From an uncultured Bacilli bacterium (GTDB lineage Bacteria; Bacillota_I; Bacilli_A; RF39; UBA660), in assembly GCA_934100165.1 (NCBI GenBank), contig CAKOPN010000001.1, forward strand, positions 180,389 to 244,388: a stretch of 64,000 nucleotides of DNA, written 5' to 3'. Made by a program: the position numbers and the translations under genes. Each line of letters begins with the position of its first letter. Position 1 is the stretch's first letter. This document shows, piece after piece, positions 1 through 9,549 of this stretch. A model generated the notes under the pieces. The model ran no database searches. It worked only from the letters and a program-made list of their open reading frames with translations, and had not been told where the DNA came from.

Positions 1-83
1 AGAAATTGAATAGCAAAATAGTTGAAGCAAGAATTATAAAGTCAAAAATCAAAAATATTTTTACTTCACGATATTTAAACATA

Positions 84-743
84 TTATTCACCTAATTTAT
101 ATCCTATATTTCTAACAGTTACTATTATTTTTGGATCTTTTACATCATCTAGTTTTTCTCTTATCCTCTTAATATACACAGTTAAAGTATTATCATTAAC
201 AAAATCACCACTTACATCCCAAATATTAGAAAGAATACTTTCTCTAGTAAATACCTTATTAGGATTACTTATAAATATCAAAAGAATTTTATATTCAAGT
301 GCTGTCAAGAATACTTCTTTTTCATCTTTGTAAACCTTAGCACTCGATGTATCTATCTTAAGATTTTTATAAGTAATAATATTACTCATTTTTCCATATC
401 TTTTTAAAACATTTTTAATTCTTAATACTAATTCTTTTGCTCTAAAGGGTTTTGTTATGTAATCATCTGCACCAAGATCTAATCCTTTTAAAACAGAGAT
501 TTCAAGATCTGCCGCTGTTAAAAAGATAATAGGAACATCACGTATTAGTTTAATTTTTTTAAATACTTCAAATCCATCAATATCAGGTAAGTTTATATCT
601 AAAAGTATTAGTGATACTTCTTCATTAAAATTTTCTACAGCATCCATTCCTCTTTCAAAAGATTTAACTTTAAAACCTTCTTGTTCTAAATAATAAGACA
701 GTCCATCTCTAATAGAAAAATCATCTTCAACAAGCATTATCAT
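84..743 (-). CDS. Two-component response regulator, OmpR family (receiver domain plus winged-helix domain)
   Basis: The N-terminus MIMLVEDD carries the receiver acidic pocket. A KPF motif and a C-terminal winged-helix region are present. The ORF track starts at a GTG 12 nt upstream; the ATG with a GGGTGA ribosome-binding site is preferred. Confidence 0.8.
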   Translation of the reverse strand: MIMLVEDDFSIRDGLSYYLEQEGFKVKSFERGMDAVENFNEEVSLILLDINLPDIDGFEVFKKIKLIRDVPIIFLTAADLEISVLKGLDLGADDYITKPFRAKELVLRIKNVLKRYGKMSNIITYKNLKIDTSSAKVYKDEKEVFLTALEYKILLIFISNPNKVFTRESILSNIWDVSGDFVNDNTLTVYIKRIREKLDDVKDPKIIVTVRNIGYKLGE

Positions 744-785
744 ATAATCACCCACTTACATAAATACTATACCATATTTTATCGA

Positions 786-818
786 TAATAAAAAATGACT
801 TATAAAAATTAAGTCATT
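786..818 (-). terminator. Intrinsic terminator after the RluD-like gene
   Basis: 9-bp stem aatgactta/taagtcatt followed by a U-run on the minus strand. Confidence 0.55.
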
Positions 819-834
819 TTTGTCTTAATTAACT

Positions 835-1698
835 TTACTTAACATTAACGCTATTTAACATAACACTTGGTACTCTAGACTCAAAATGCATTTTTTTCTT
901 AGTAATTGGATTTATAATATCAAGAGAATAAGCATGAAGCATAAGCCTTTTAGCATTTTTATCTTTAATACCATATTTATTATCTCCAAGTATTGGATGT
1001 TTTATATCACTTAATTGCACTCTGATTTGATTTCTTCTACCAGTATCTATTTTAATTTTTAATAAAGAATATTTATCATTTGATTTAATTTTTTCATAAT
1101 GGGTAATGGCAAGCTTTCCATCCTTTTCATTTGTAGAATATGTAAAAAGTGATTTATTTTCCTTTAAATAAGATCTAATCGTGCCTTTATCATTAGTATT
1201 CCCAATTACTACTGCATAATAAATTCTAGTAGCAATATCATTCCAGTTATCTTGTAAAAGCATTTTAACATTTTGATTTTTAGCAAAAAGTACTACTCCC
1301 GAAGTATCTTTATCAAGTCTATGAACGATAAAAATTTTTCCATTACCATTTTTCTTTTTTACATATTTTGATAAAGCACTGTAAAGATTATTTTCTTTAT
1401 CGTTATCTTTTTCTGTAGCAATTGTCAAAATACCACTTGGTTTATCTACTACTATTATATCTTTATCTTCATATATTATCTTAATATCTCCTATCAAATT
1501 TGATGTAAGTAAAGTATTCCTAACAGACACTTTATCGTTTAAAGAAAGAATATAATCATGCTTAGTAATTATTTTATTATTTACTAAGACCATCTGCCTT
1601 GTTAATAACGATTTAACATTATTTTTACTCTTACCAACAAGTTTTTCTCTTAAAAATGAAAACAAATCTATTTTATCCTTATCAACTGTATAATCCAT
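835..1698 (-). CDS. RluA-family pseudouridine synthase with an N-terminal S4 domain (RluD-like)
   Basis: HRLDKDTSGVV catalytic Asp motif with an S4-like N-terminus. Confidence 0.8.
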   Translation of the reverse strand: MDYTVDKDKIDLFSFLREKLVGKSKNNVKSLLTRQMVLVNNKIITKHDYILSLNDKVSVRNTLLTSNLIGDIKIIYEDKDIIVVDKPSGILTIATEKDNDKENNLYSALSKYVKKKNGNGKIFIVHRLDKDTSGVVLFAKNQNVKMLLQDNWNDIATRIYYAVVIGNTNDKGTIRSYLKENKSLFTYSTNEKDGKLAITHYEKIKSNDKYSLLKIKIDTGRRNQIRVQLSDIKHPILGDNKYGIKDKNAKRLMLHAYSLDIINPITKKKMHFESRVPSVMLNSVNVK

Positions 1699-1730
1699 AA
1701 AACACCACCTAGATAATTATAACATTTAAA

Positions 1731-1765
1731 ACAGAAAAGAAAAAGATTAGATAATTTCTAATCTT
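1731..1765 (-). terminator. Intrinsic terminator after the repeat-protein gene
   Basis: 8-bp stem aagattag/ctaatctt followed by a U-run. Confidence 0.5.
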
Positions 1766-1779
1766 AAAACATGACATTA

Positions 1780-2187
1780 CTAAAATGTTTTTGTAAGTGT
1801 TTTTTCATTTTCGTAATACTCATTAGGTATTTCTGCGTGAAATTCTATACTTCCATCTTCATTTTGTTTTACATCTGTAACATTAAAAGTTGGAAGTGGT
1901 TCACTTAATTCTTCTTCTTTTGCAATACTTTCAACTTTTAAACCATTAACTTCATAATACTCATTAGGTATTTCTGAATGAAATTCTATACTGCCATCCT
2001 CATTTTTCTTTACTTCCGTAACATTAAATGTTGGAAGTGGAACATATTCTGTAGCTACTGGTCCAAGTCCAATTATATTAAGCTCACCATTATTATAGTT
2101 TTTATCGTTCTTTTTAATTAAATGATAACCGAGTGCAATAGCACCAATTGTTACACCTACTGCAACACCTTTAACAAATTTATTCAT
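1780..2187 (-). CDS. Membrane-anchored protein with two tandem roughly 46-aa repeats
   Basis: N-terminal transmembrane helix, then the unit PLPTFNVTEVKKNEDGSIEFHSEIPNEYYE repeated twice. Confidence 0.45.
   Translation of the reverse strand: MNKFVKGVAVGVTIGAIALGYHLIKKNDKNYNNGELNIIGLGPVATEYVPLPTFNVTEVKKNEDGSIEFHSEIPNEYYEVNGLKVESIAKEEELSEPLPTFNVTDVKQNEDGSIEFHAEIPNEYYENEKTLTKTF
1783..2040 (-). repeat. Intragenic tandem duplication, two copies of roughly 138 bp, encoding the 46-aa repeat
   Basis: Near-identical DNA blocks inside CDS 1780..2187. Confidence 0.5.
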
Positions 2188-2229
2188 ATAACCATCCCCC
2201 TCAATTAGTAGACAAATTATATCATATAA

Positions 2230-3765
2230 TTACTTATTTGTCAAGCTTTCGTAAAGTGTGAAGTTGGCATCAGAGTAAAGTGGAATATAATTTTTATCAA
2301 GTTCTAATACTTTATTTAACTTATTTGTATTGTAAATAAGAACATGTGTTATGCCATATTTTGAAAATGTATCTCTATAATTATCAAAAATTTTCATTCC
2401 ATCTATAAATGCTGTACACCCTTTATTAAATTCTTCTGTATAAAGATCTGCTCTTGAATCATAAAAAACTGGAATTTCTTCAAATAACAAATAACTTCCA
2501 AAATTATACTCATTGAAAAGCTTAATATTTTTAACATCAAGATTATTTTTAATATAAGTTGATACTCCTATTGGATATTTTTTTGGATTAACATAAGGGA
2601 CTCTATAACTAGACTTAACATTTAAAACAGAAAATAGAATCATAAACAATGACAAAGTAACATAAACATACCCAGTATCGATAACATCTTCTAATTTTAT
2701 AGTAGTTAATCTCTTATCTATAAAGCTTTTCAAAATTCTAGCTATACTATAAAAGCCTAAAACTAAAAATAAAGCAAAACTTCTATTTGATAAAAGGCTA
2801 AGTAAGAAAAGACCACCTAGAAAGAAAAAGTCTTTAAGTTTAATTTTCATACTTCCTTGAAATAGTAAAAATACAAGAGCAAAAAATATTATAAATACAG
2901 CTGGACTATTACTTATTGTAATTGGTAAGTGTTCACTGATATATGACATAGTAACACCTTGCCTTGTATTATAAAAGTAAGTAAAAGGAACTAAAAAGTT
3001 AGGAGTTAAAAAGCCAGTTGCTAATACAAGCAAAACAGAAATCAAAAGTTTTTTGGTATTTTTTGCTTCTTCTATAATAATGACCCCATCACTTATATTC
3101 CTTTTTTCTTTATATATATTTATCTGCTTCTTGAATTTATTTTTTATATAGTAAACTAAATCTTGTACTAAGTATGGGAGAAATAATACAAATATAAATG
3201 GCCATACTGCTAAATGTACATTAGCAATTAGTAAAGAAAAAGCAAAAATATAAATAAAATATTTTTTCTTTCCTGTTTCTCTAAGCATTTCTATTGAATA
3301 AAGAATCAAAAGAAGAAAAATATAACTGACAAGCTGAGCCCTTGCTGTAATAAAGTTTCTAAAGCACATTCCTAATATTATTGTCATAAAGTAAGAAAGT
3401 CCTCTATCTTTAACTATTTTATTTGTAGTCACATAAAGAGTTACAAACAAAGCAAATGCTAAGACTATACTAGAAATATATACCCCATGAAAACCTGCAA
3501 AATGATAAATAAAATAAATTGCTAAATCATATAGCCAGTGTGGATATGTATAAGCAAGATTTGGAATAAAAGAAAAATGTTCTTTCATATCTATTCCATT
3601 ATTAAATATCGTCTGTCCAACTTTTATTGTATAAAATGTGTCATTTTGTAATTCTCTCGTAGTAAGAATTATTGCAAGAGAAAGGAATGTAATAATCATT
3701 ACACTCCAAAATATTATTTGTTTTTTGTTTTTATTTTTCATATTATCACCAATAAAATTATACAT
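2230..3765 (-). CDS. Polytopic membrane protein, possibly a GT-C-fold glycosyltransferase or polymerase-like protein
   Basis: More than 10 predicted transmembrane segments followed by a roughly 120-aa soluble C-terminal domain. No firm family assignment. Confidence 0.4.
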   Translation of the reverse strand: MYNFIGDNMKNKNKKQIIFWSVMIITFLSLAIILTTRELQNDTFYTIKVGQTIFNNGIDMKEHFSFIPNLAYTYPHWLYDLAIYFIYHFAGFHGVYISSIVLAFALFVTLYVTTNKIVKDRGLSYFMTIILGMCFRNFITARAQLVSYIFLLLILYSIEMLRETGKKKYFIYIFAFSLLIANVHLAVWPFIFVLFLPYLVQDLVYYIKNKFKKQINIYKEKRNISDGVIIIEEAKNTKKLLISVLLVLATGFLTPNFLVPFTYFYNTRQGVTMSYISEHLPITISNSPAVFIIFFALVFLLFQGSMKIKLKDFFFLGGLFLLSLLSNRSFALFLVLGFYSIARILKSFIDKRLTTIKLEDVIDTGYVYVTLSLFMILFSVLNVKSSYRVPYVNPKKYPIGVSTYIKNNLDVKNIKLFNEYNFGSYLLFEEIPVFYDSRADLYTEEFNKGCTAFIDGMKIFDNYRDTFSKYGITHVLIYNTNKLNKVLELDKNYIPLYSDANFTLYESLTNK

Positions 3766-3802
3766 AAAATCTTAAGAATTAGCAATTTTTAAGATTCTTT
3801 GG

Positions 3803-5308
3803 CTATGATTTTTTTACTAGCGCTAATTTTTTACCTTCATCTTTTGTTTTATTGTCAAACTTTTCTAAAACAGGAGCATAATCTTCTCTTGAACTTAAAA
3901 TAGTTAATGCTCTACTTTTAATGGGTTCTAACTCTTTTGGATCTTTTTGAAACATCCTTGCAACCTCTTCATGACTGCGTTCAACCCCTCCAAAAATACC
4001 TGTTCTATATGCTAAATATTTAAACGTATCAAAACCACATGTACTATATAAAGATAAATACATTCCTTTATTTTCTTTATCTGCAAAAAGTGTGGCAATA
4101 TAGGCCTTTCTAACCTTTTTTAAAGCTTTTGCTTCTATCTGTCTAACTCTTTCGCGTGTACAACCAAGTTGTCTTCCGATTTCTTCTAGTGTTCTTATTC
4201 CCTTACCATCAAGGCCTAATCTTTCTGTAAGAATTAGATGTTGTCTACTGTCAAGAGTTTTTTTATCGTTTAACACCCCTATTAAAAAGTCTTTTTGCAT
4301 TCCACTTATAACACTATCATCTACATTATCATCGCAAACTAGTAAATCTTCAAGTGTCATAACATCATCTTCATCTATCTTTTTATTTATGCTAACAACA
4401 GGCATTGTAGTTTCACGATAAATTAAATAGTCATTTCTACTAATATCTAATTTTTCTAATATTTCACTTTCAGTAGGTCTTCTACCAAGTTCTAATTCAA
4501 GGCTACTTATCCCTCTAGCAATTCTGCCATTTTTAAGAACTCTATGTACAGGAACTCTAACACTTCTACCAGTATCTGCTATACCTCTTGACACTGCTTG
4601 TCTTATCCACCATGTAGCATATGTAGAAAATGAAGTATCACGAGAAAGATCAAATGTTTCAATAGAATGAAGTAAACCATTACTACCAAACTGAATTAAA
4701 TCATCATAGTCAACAGTCGAAGAAAGGAAACTAAAATACATATTAGCAGCTCTATAAACAAGTGGCATATTTACTTCTAAAAGCTTAGAGATAGTATCAC
4801 TATCACCAGATTCAATTCTACGCATAAGAGCAAGATTAGCTTCACCATACTTTGAAAAATCTATGTTGGAATAATCACCATAATCAGTGTTTTTAATTTT
4901 TTCAATGCAACCATAGAAAGGAACTAAAGAAGGATAATTTACTCTTTCTTCCTCATTTAAACTTAATAATAGTTTTTTAACTATTGGAAATCTTCCCATA
5001 TATGATTTCATCTTCTCATCTGATAATGGACCAACTATAGAAAAATAAGAATTCAAGATTCTAGCTCTTTTTTCGTTACTCATAGAAGAATTAGAAAAGA
5101 GAACTTTACACTCACGTGAGAAATATAAATACTCATTTTTTGAACATTCACTTTCTATTTGGCTTTTAATAATTGATTTTACTTTTGCTATAACAAGTTT
5201 TGGATCTTTTTCTTTTAACATAACTTTTTCTACGGTAGTTCTTGCATTGCCAATGCCATAACAATTACACATATCAATAAGTTTTTCTCTTAATTTCTCA
5301 TTACTCAT
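3803..5308 (-). CDS. Sigma-70 family factor, SigA-like regions 2 to 4 with long N- and C-terminal extensions
   Basis: Region 2 reads DYDDLIQFGSNGLL...[29 protein letters not shown]. Region 4.2 reads [27 protein letters not shown]. The roughly 200-aa N-terminal domain is unrelated to region 1.1. The C-terminal extension carries a second region-4-like motif YLAYRTGIFGG..SHEEVARMF. Confidence 0.7.
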   Translation of the reverse strand: MSNEKLREKLIDMCNCYGIGNARTTVEKVMLKEKDPKLVIAKVKSIIKSQIESECSKNEYLYFSRECKVLFSNSSMSNEKRARILNSYFSIVGPLSDEKMKSYMGRFPIVKKLLLSLNEEERVNYPSLVPFYGCIEKIKNTDYGDYSNIDFSKYGEANLALMRRIESGDSDTISKLLEVNMPLVYRAANMYFSFLSSTVDYDDLIQFGSNGLLHSIETFDLSRDTSFSTYATWWIRQAVSRGIADTGRSVRVPVHRVLKNGRIARGISSLELELGRRPTESEILEKLDISRNDYLIYRETTMPVVSINKKIDEDDVMTLEDLLVCDDNVDDSVISGMQKDFLIGVLNDKKTLDSRQHLILTERLGLDGKGIRTLEEIGRQLGCTRERVRQIEAKALKKVRKAYIATLFADKENKGMYLSLYSTCGFDTFKYLAYRTGIFGGVERSHEEVARMFQKDPKELEPIKSRALTILSSREDYAPVLEKFDNKTKDEGKKLALVKKS

Positions 5309-5323
5309 TTTTTCACTTCTTTC

Positions 5324-6934
5324 TTACACTACTTTTCTAAAGCAAGATGCTGGTAGTTTTACTACTTTTAACTTTGTTTTCTTATCTTTATTTCCTGCTT
5401 CATTTCTATGTTTATTCTCCCACTCAGAAGAATCATAAATAAATAAAAGCGGATCATATAATTTATCATTTTTAAGTTTTTTTAAGACTTTTTGTTCCAA
5501 TTTCTTAGCGCCTCTAATATTTTTTAAAGCTTCTTCTTGAGATAGTCTTCTCTTATTAAATAACCCTGTTCTGCAAGCCAAATAATCAAATTGCGAATCT
5601 TCTGATGAATGCAAAAATGAAATATATGCTCTTCGTATATCTGGCCTTAACTCACTATCCTTTAAATTTAATTCTATTAAAACTGTTTTAATCTTTTGAA
5701 TAGCTTTACTTTGTATTTGACGAATACGTTCATGGGAACATGAAAATGATTTTGCTACTTCACTTAATGTAGCAGGTCTTCCGGCAGTAAGCCCTAATCT
5801 TTCTTTTAATATAAATCTTTCATTTTCATTAAGCATCAAAGAAGAATCTATCATATTCGTAATATATTCGCTTTCCATTTTTGAAAATACTTCTTCATCT
5901 ACTAATTTATTATCTATTAAACTAAAATCTGCAAGGGTATTAGTTTGTCTTTCTCCATTAACATTTTTATCAACACTAGTTATACCAAGCATAATCTCAC
6001 AGTAGATTAAATAATCTTTTCTACTCATTTTTAAAAATTTTAGTATTTCTTCCTCAGATGGAAAATGTCCGAGTTCTTTTTCAAGAGCTTCTATTTCTCT
6101 TTTTGTTTTTTTAGCAGCTTCTATTCTATGTACTGGCACTCTAACATTCCTTCCAGTATCATCAATACCTCTTTCAATAGATTGTTTTATCCATAATGTT
6201 GCATACGTAGAGAAAGACTTACCTTTACTTAAATCAAAACATTCTATTGCACGAAGAAGTCCTTCATTTCCTAATTGGATTAAATCATCAAAATCTAAAG
6301 ATGAAGAATTCTTTACATTATAATGAGAATGTGCAGCTCTATTAACTAAACCTTTGTTGAAAAATAATAATTTTTCTATTGCTTGACTATTACCAGATTC
6401 CATCATGTGCATAAGTTGGTCGTTTATTTTAGTGATATTTTCTGTCACATCAATATTATTTATTTCATCTTCATTATTTGGGGTATAACTGAGAAAAGAA
6501 ACAAGTGCAGGATACTTTTCAAAAGAGTTAGAATCACTAGAACCATATTGTTTACTAACAAAATCTTTAACTCTAGGAAATCTTCCTTGAATTGATAAAT
6601 AATCTTCACGAGAAAGTGGCCCAACCGTTTCAAAAAAATCATTTATTATTTTTAGTTTCTTAGCATCATCATAATATGGATTAGTAAAAAGATTCCTATA
6701 AACTCTAGAAAAATACAAGTTTTTATTAGATGAAAATTCTTTCCTCATCTCGGTTTTTAAAAGAGATTTAGCCTTCCTTAATGCATTTTCATAATATTCT
6801 TTAGAAGTACTACATTTAGCACTATTTGCATACGAAATAGAATCCGTAACAATTTTTTTGGAAGCTAAAATACCATAACTTTCACAAAGAAGTACTAACC
6901 TTTTCTTTATCTCCTCATTTGTCACTTTGATCAC
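5324..6934 (-). CDS. Sigma-70 family factor, paralog of 3803..5308 with similar extensions
   Basis: Region 2 reads DFDDLIQLGNEGLL...FSTYATLWIKQSIERGIDDTGRNVRVPVH. Region 4.2 reads TLSEVAKSFSCSHERIRQIQSKAIQKIK. The start is ambiguous between the GTG at 6934 and a GTG at about 6925 that has a GGGGTGA ribosome-binding site. Confidence 0.7.
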   Translation of the reverse strand: MIKVTNEEIKKRLVLLCESYGILASKKIVTDSISYANSAKCSTSKEYYENALRKAKSLLKTEMRKEFSSNKNLYFSRVYRNLFTNPYYDDAKKLKIINDFFETVGPLSREDYLSIQGRFPRVKDFVSKQYGSSDSNSFEKYPALVSFLSYTPNNEDEINNIDVTENITKINDQLMHMMESGNSQAIEKLLFFNKGLVNRAAHSHYNVKNSSSLDFDDLIQLGNEGLLRAIECFDLSKGKSFSTYATLWIKQSIERGIDDTGRNVRVPVHRIEAAKKTKREIEALEKELGHFPSEEEILKFLKMSRKDYLIYCEIMLGITSVDKNVNGERQTNTLADFSLIDNKLVDEEVFSKMESEYITNMIDSSLMLNENERFILKERLGLTAGRPATLSEVAKSFSCSHERIRQIQSKAIQKIKTVLIELNLKDSELRPDIRRAYISFLHSSEDSQFDYLACRTGLFNKRRLSQEEALKNIRGAKKLEQKVLKKLKNDKLYDPLLFIYDSSEWENKHRNEAGNKDKKTKLKVVKLPASCFRKVV

Positions 6935-6986
6935 CCCTAAATGTGAACGTTATTATACCATAAAAAATATTAAAAGAAAAGATTTT

Positions 6987-7625
6987 TTATTTAAATAAAG
7001 TTCTTAAAAGCTCATTTTCAGTTATATATTTTCCCTTAAAATAAAACAAGTGTATTTTATCTCTATACATTTCTTTGACATTTTTTATGATTTTCCTTTT
7101 CTTATAATTAAGATTATAAAGATATCTTTCTAGTAAAAACTTATTAAAATATTCTTTTCGTCTATTAAACTCATCAAAGATTTTAAATACAAGCAAAAAA
7201 AGGACAAATAAGAAAAAATAAGAACTAAAAAAATATACGGACAAGCAAAATATGAAAGTATAAACCGCAAAAGAAATAAATATTGTTATATTGTAACTTT
7301 TTCGATATGAAAATATGTAACACAGTAATATGTCAAGAAGTCTTCCACCATCAAGCGGATATATTGGTAAAAGATTAAAAATAAGTAAAAAATAATGGAA
7401 ATCATTAATATTTTTAATTTCTAAAAAAGTTAATAAGTAAAAATAAACAACCTGAAAAATTGGGCCCATAAGCATTATCAAGAGTTCTTCTTTTAACGGT
7501 TTATTTATAATAACGTCAAATTTAGTAATTCCACCAAGTGGATATATATAAATCTTATCAGTATTCCATTTATAATGTTTAGCCATAAGTAAATGTCCAA
7601 ATTCATGAACAATAATTAAAGACAT
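6987..7625 (-). CDS. M50 site-2 protease, SpoIVFB-like, without a CBS domain
   Basis: HEFGH zinc motif in a transmembrane helix and an LDGG motif. It lies directly after a SpoIVFA-like gene, downstream of mreD as in Bacillus. The N-terminus looks truncated (see findings). Confidence 0.6.
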   Translation of the reverse strand: MSLIIVHEFGHLLMAKHYKWNTDKIYIYPLGGITKFDVIINKPLKEELLIMLMGPIFQVVYFYLLTFLEIKNINDFHYFLLIFNLLPIYPLDGGRLLDILLCYIFSYRKSYNITIFISFAVYTFIFCLSVYFFSSYFFLFVLFLLVFKIFDEFNRRKEYFNKFLLERYLYNLNYKKRKIIKNVKEMYRDKIHLFYFKGKYITENELLRTLFK

Positions 7626-7707
7626 ATATATAATTATTTTTTTAAAATTTGCAGTAAAAAAAGTTATAAAAAGGAAAAGATAAGTAAATGGTGATATATA
7701 AATATTT

Positions 7708-8331
7708 TTATATAAACTCTTTATAATCTACATACTTCCCATCTTCTTTAAAAACTAAGTAAATATGCTTATCTTTTGCTTCTCCTACAAAGCTTCCTTT
7801 AGTTAAATGATCATAAAGTTTAATATCACCAACATTTATATTGCAATACCATATATCTACACCATTTTCTCCTTGTACTATAACTGTATTACCATAATCT
7901 GTTTTGTCACCAATAAATATTACTACACCATTTTCTAAAAGTGGTACTAAATAATTTGCATTAACTTCCAAAGAAACTCCATCTTTGTATGCACTACTTT
8001 TACTATATATTAACTTTTCACTAAAAACACGTTCTTCTCCTGGCACTATATCAATAGGAAAAATACTACCGAATTTAGAATTATACCATTTGGTAATTGT
8101 TGCAAAAGAAATAGTATTGTCATAGACTTCTTTATAAACATTTTTTTTAAAATTATCATTTACTTTGGCACCTATAAGAAAAGAAAGAAAAAGAATAAAA
8201 GAAATTAGTATTTTACTAACAAATACTTTAGCAAATGTCATGGAACTATTTATTTTCTTATTGTTAAAATTGTTATTTTTCTTTTTCATTAAATATTCCT
8301 CAATATTCCTATATTCATCCATATAAATCAC
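7708..8331 (-). CDS. SpoIVFA-like membrane protein with a degenerate LytM/M23 domain
   Basis: N-terminal transmembrane helix and a C-terminal M23-like fold that lacks the HxH catalytic motif. It sits upstream of the S2P gene. Confidence 0.5.
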   Translation of the reverse strand: MIYMDEYRNIEEYLMKKKNNNFNNKKINSSMTFAKVFVSKILISFILFLSFLIGAKVNDNFKKNVYKEVYDNTISFATITKWYNSKFGSIFPIDIVPGEERVFSEKLIYSKSSAYKDGVSLEVNANYLVPLLENGVVIFIGDKTDYGNTVIVQGENGVDIWYCNINVGDIKLYDHLTKGSFVGEAKDKHIYLVFKEDGKYVDYKEFI

Positions 8332-8356
8332 CCTCTAATAATAAATATTAGACTTA

Positions 8357-8818
8357 TTATTTAATAGAACCAAAGCTAAAAGAAAATTTGCTTTTATTAA
8401 AATTAAAAGCAAAATATATGATTGCAAAACTTACACTAGGTAAAATATTATTTAATATTTGAAATATTAAAAATGTAATTTTAAAATCTATGAATCCAAA
8501 AAGAAAGAGAAAAAGATAATAACATAAATAATATATCAAATAAAAGGAAAGAAAAAACAAAAGGAAATTTCCTATATCTCCTGTAAATTTTTTTCTTAGT
8601 ATATAGAAAAAGCAAAATATTATAATAAAAAGGAGAAAAGTAATTGAAATATTATTATTTATAATTACTCCAAAAAGAAACAAGAATAAATAAAATAAAA
8701 GGTCGAGTTTTTTGTGAAAATACAAATATGAAATAAGATAAGAAATAGAAAAAAATGAACATAAAAACTTGGTATTTAAAAGAACAAAATCCAAGATTAC
8801 AATAAATATTCCCATCAT
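8357..8818 (-). CDS. mreD: Rod shape-determining protein MreD (putative)
   Basis: Small, very hydrophobic polytopic protein immediately downstream of mreC. Confidence 0.45.
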   Translation of the reverse strand: MMGIFIVILDFVLLNTKFLCSFFSISYLISYLYFHKKLDLLFYLFLFLFGVIINNNISITFLLFIIIFCFFYILRKKFTGDIGNFLLFFLSFYLIYYLCYYLFLFLFGFIDFKITFLIFQILNNILPSVSFAIIYFAFNFNKSKFSFSFGSIK

Positions 8819-9549
8819 GAAGCATTCCTCTTAAGAACTGCTACAAATCTTAAATTGTTAATATCAGATGCAAGAAAAACTGTTGCAACATTACCTGTGT
8901 CATAATAATCTTTTTCTATTTCAATTATAGTGCCAATAATTATTCCACTTGGAAATTTTGTTGTTAATCCACTAGTTACAATTTTATCCCCTACTTTAAC
9001 CTTTGAATCTTTGTCTATTCCTTCTATGATCATTTTATTATTAGAAACCGTTAATATTTTATTTAAAATCTCCTCTCCTACTACTTTAACTGATATATTA
9101 TTGTATTTACTACTGTTAGTAATAAGTTTGACAACAGAAGTATAAAAAGTGGTCTTCTCTACAGTACCAACAAGACCGTTGTAATCGACAACAGCCATAC
9201 CTTCTCTAATTCCATCTTTTTCTCCTTTATTTATAGTTATTTCATCTAGAAAAAAATCATTTTTTCTTTCTATTACAGCAGCATAAACATAATCATAATC
9301 AGTAAGAGAAAAATCTATATTCAAAAGTTTCTTCATACTCTCATTTTCTTTTTCAACTTCATCTTTAAGTGTAACAGTGAAATTTTTAGAAGGAATATAA
9401 TCAAAAGAGAAAAAAAATAAATCACGGAAATATTTTTCAATATATATATGATTATTAACAGTTAAATATGAAAGTACTGTTAAAACAATTACAATAACTA
9501 TAAGTAAGTTTTTCTTTTTAATTTTCTTTCTACTTTTCACGTTAATCAC
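8815..9549 (-). CDS. mreC: Rod shape-determining protein MreC
   Basis: N-terminal transmembrane helix and coiled coil. The C-terminal beta domain reads GDKIVTSGLTTKFPSGIIIGTI. Confidence 0.75.
   Translation of the reverse strand: MINVKSRKKIKKKNLLIVIVIVLTVLSYLTVNNHIYIEKYFRDLFFFSFDYIPSKNFTVTLKDEVEKENESMKKLLNIDFSLTDYDYVYAAVIERKNDFFLDEITINKGEKDGIREGMAVVDYNGLVGTVEKTTFYTSVVKLITNSSKYNNISVKVVGEEILNKILTVSNNKMIIEGIDKDSKVKVGDKIVTSGLTTKFPSGIIIGTIIEIEKDYYDTGNVATVFLASDINNLRFVAVLKRNAS

Noticed and set aside
6383-6642. Two short ORFs (plus and minus strand) inside the sigma gene 5324..6934
   Set aside because: They are fully nested in, or antisense to, a well-supported long CDS. AT-rich composition generates such ORFs.
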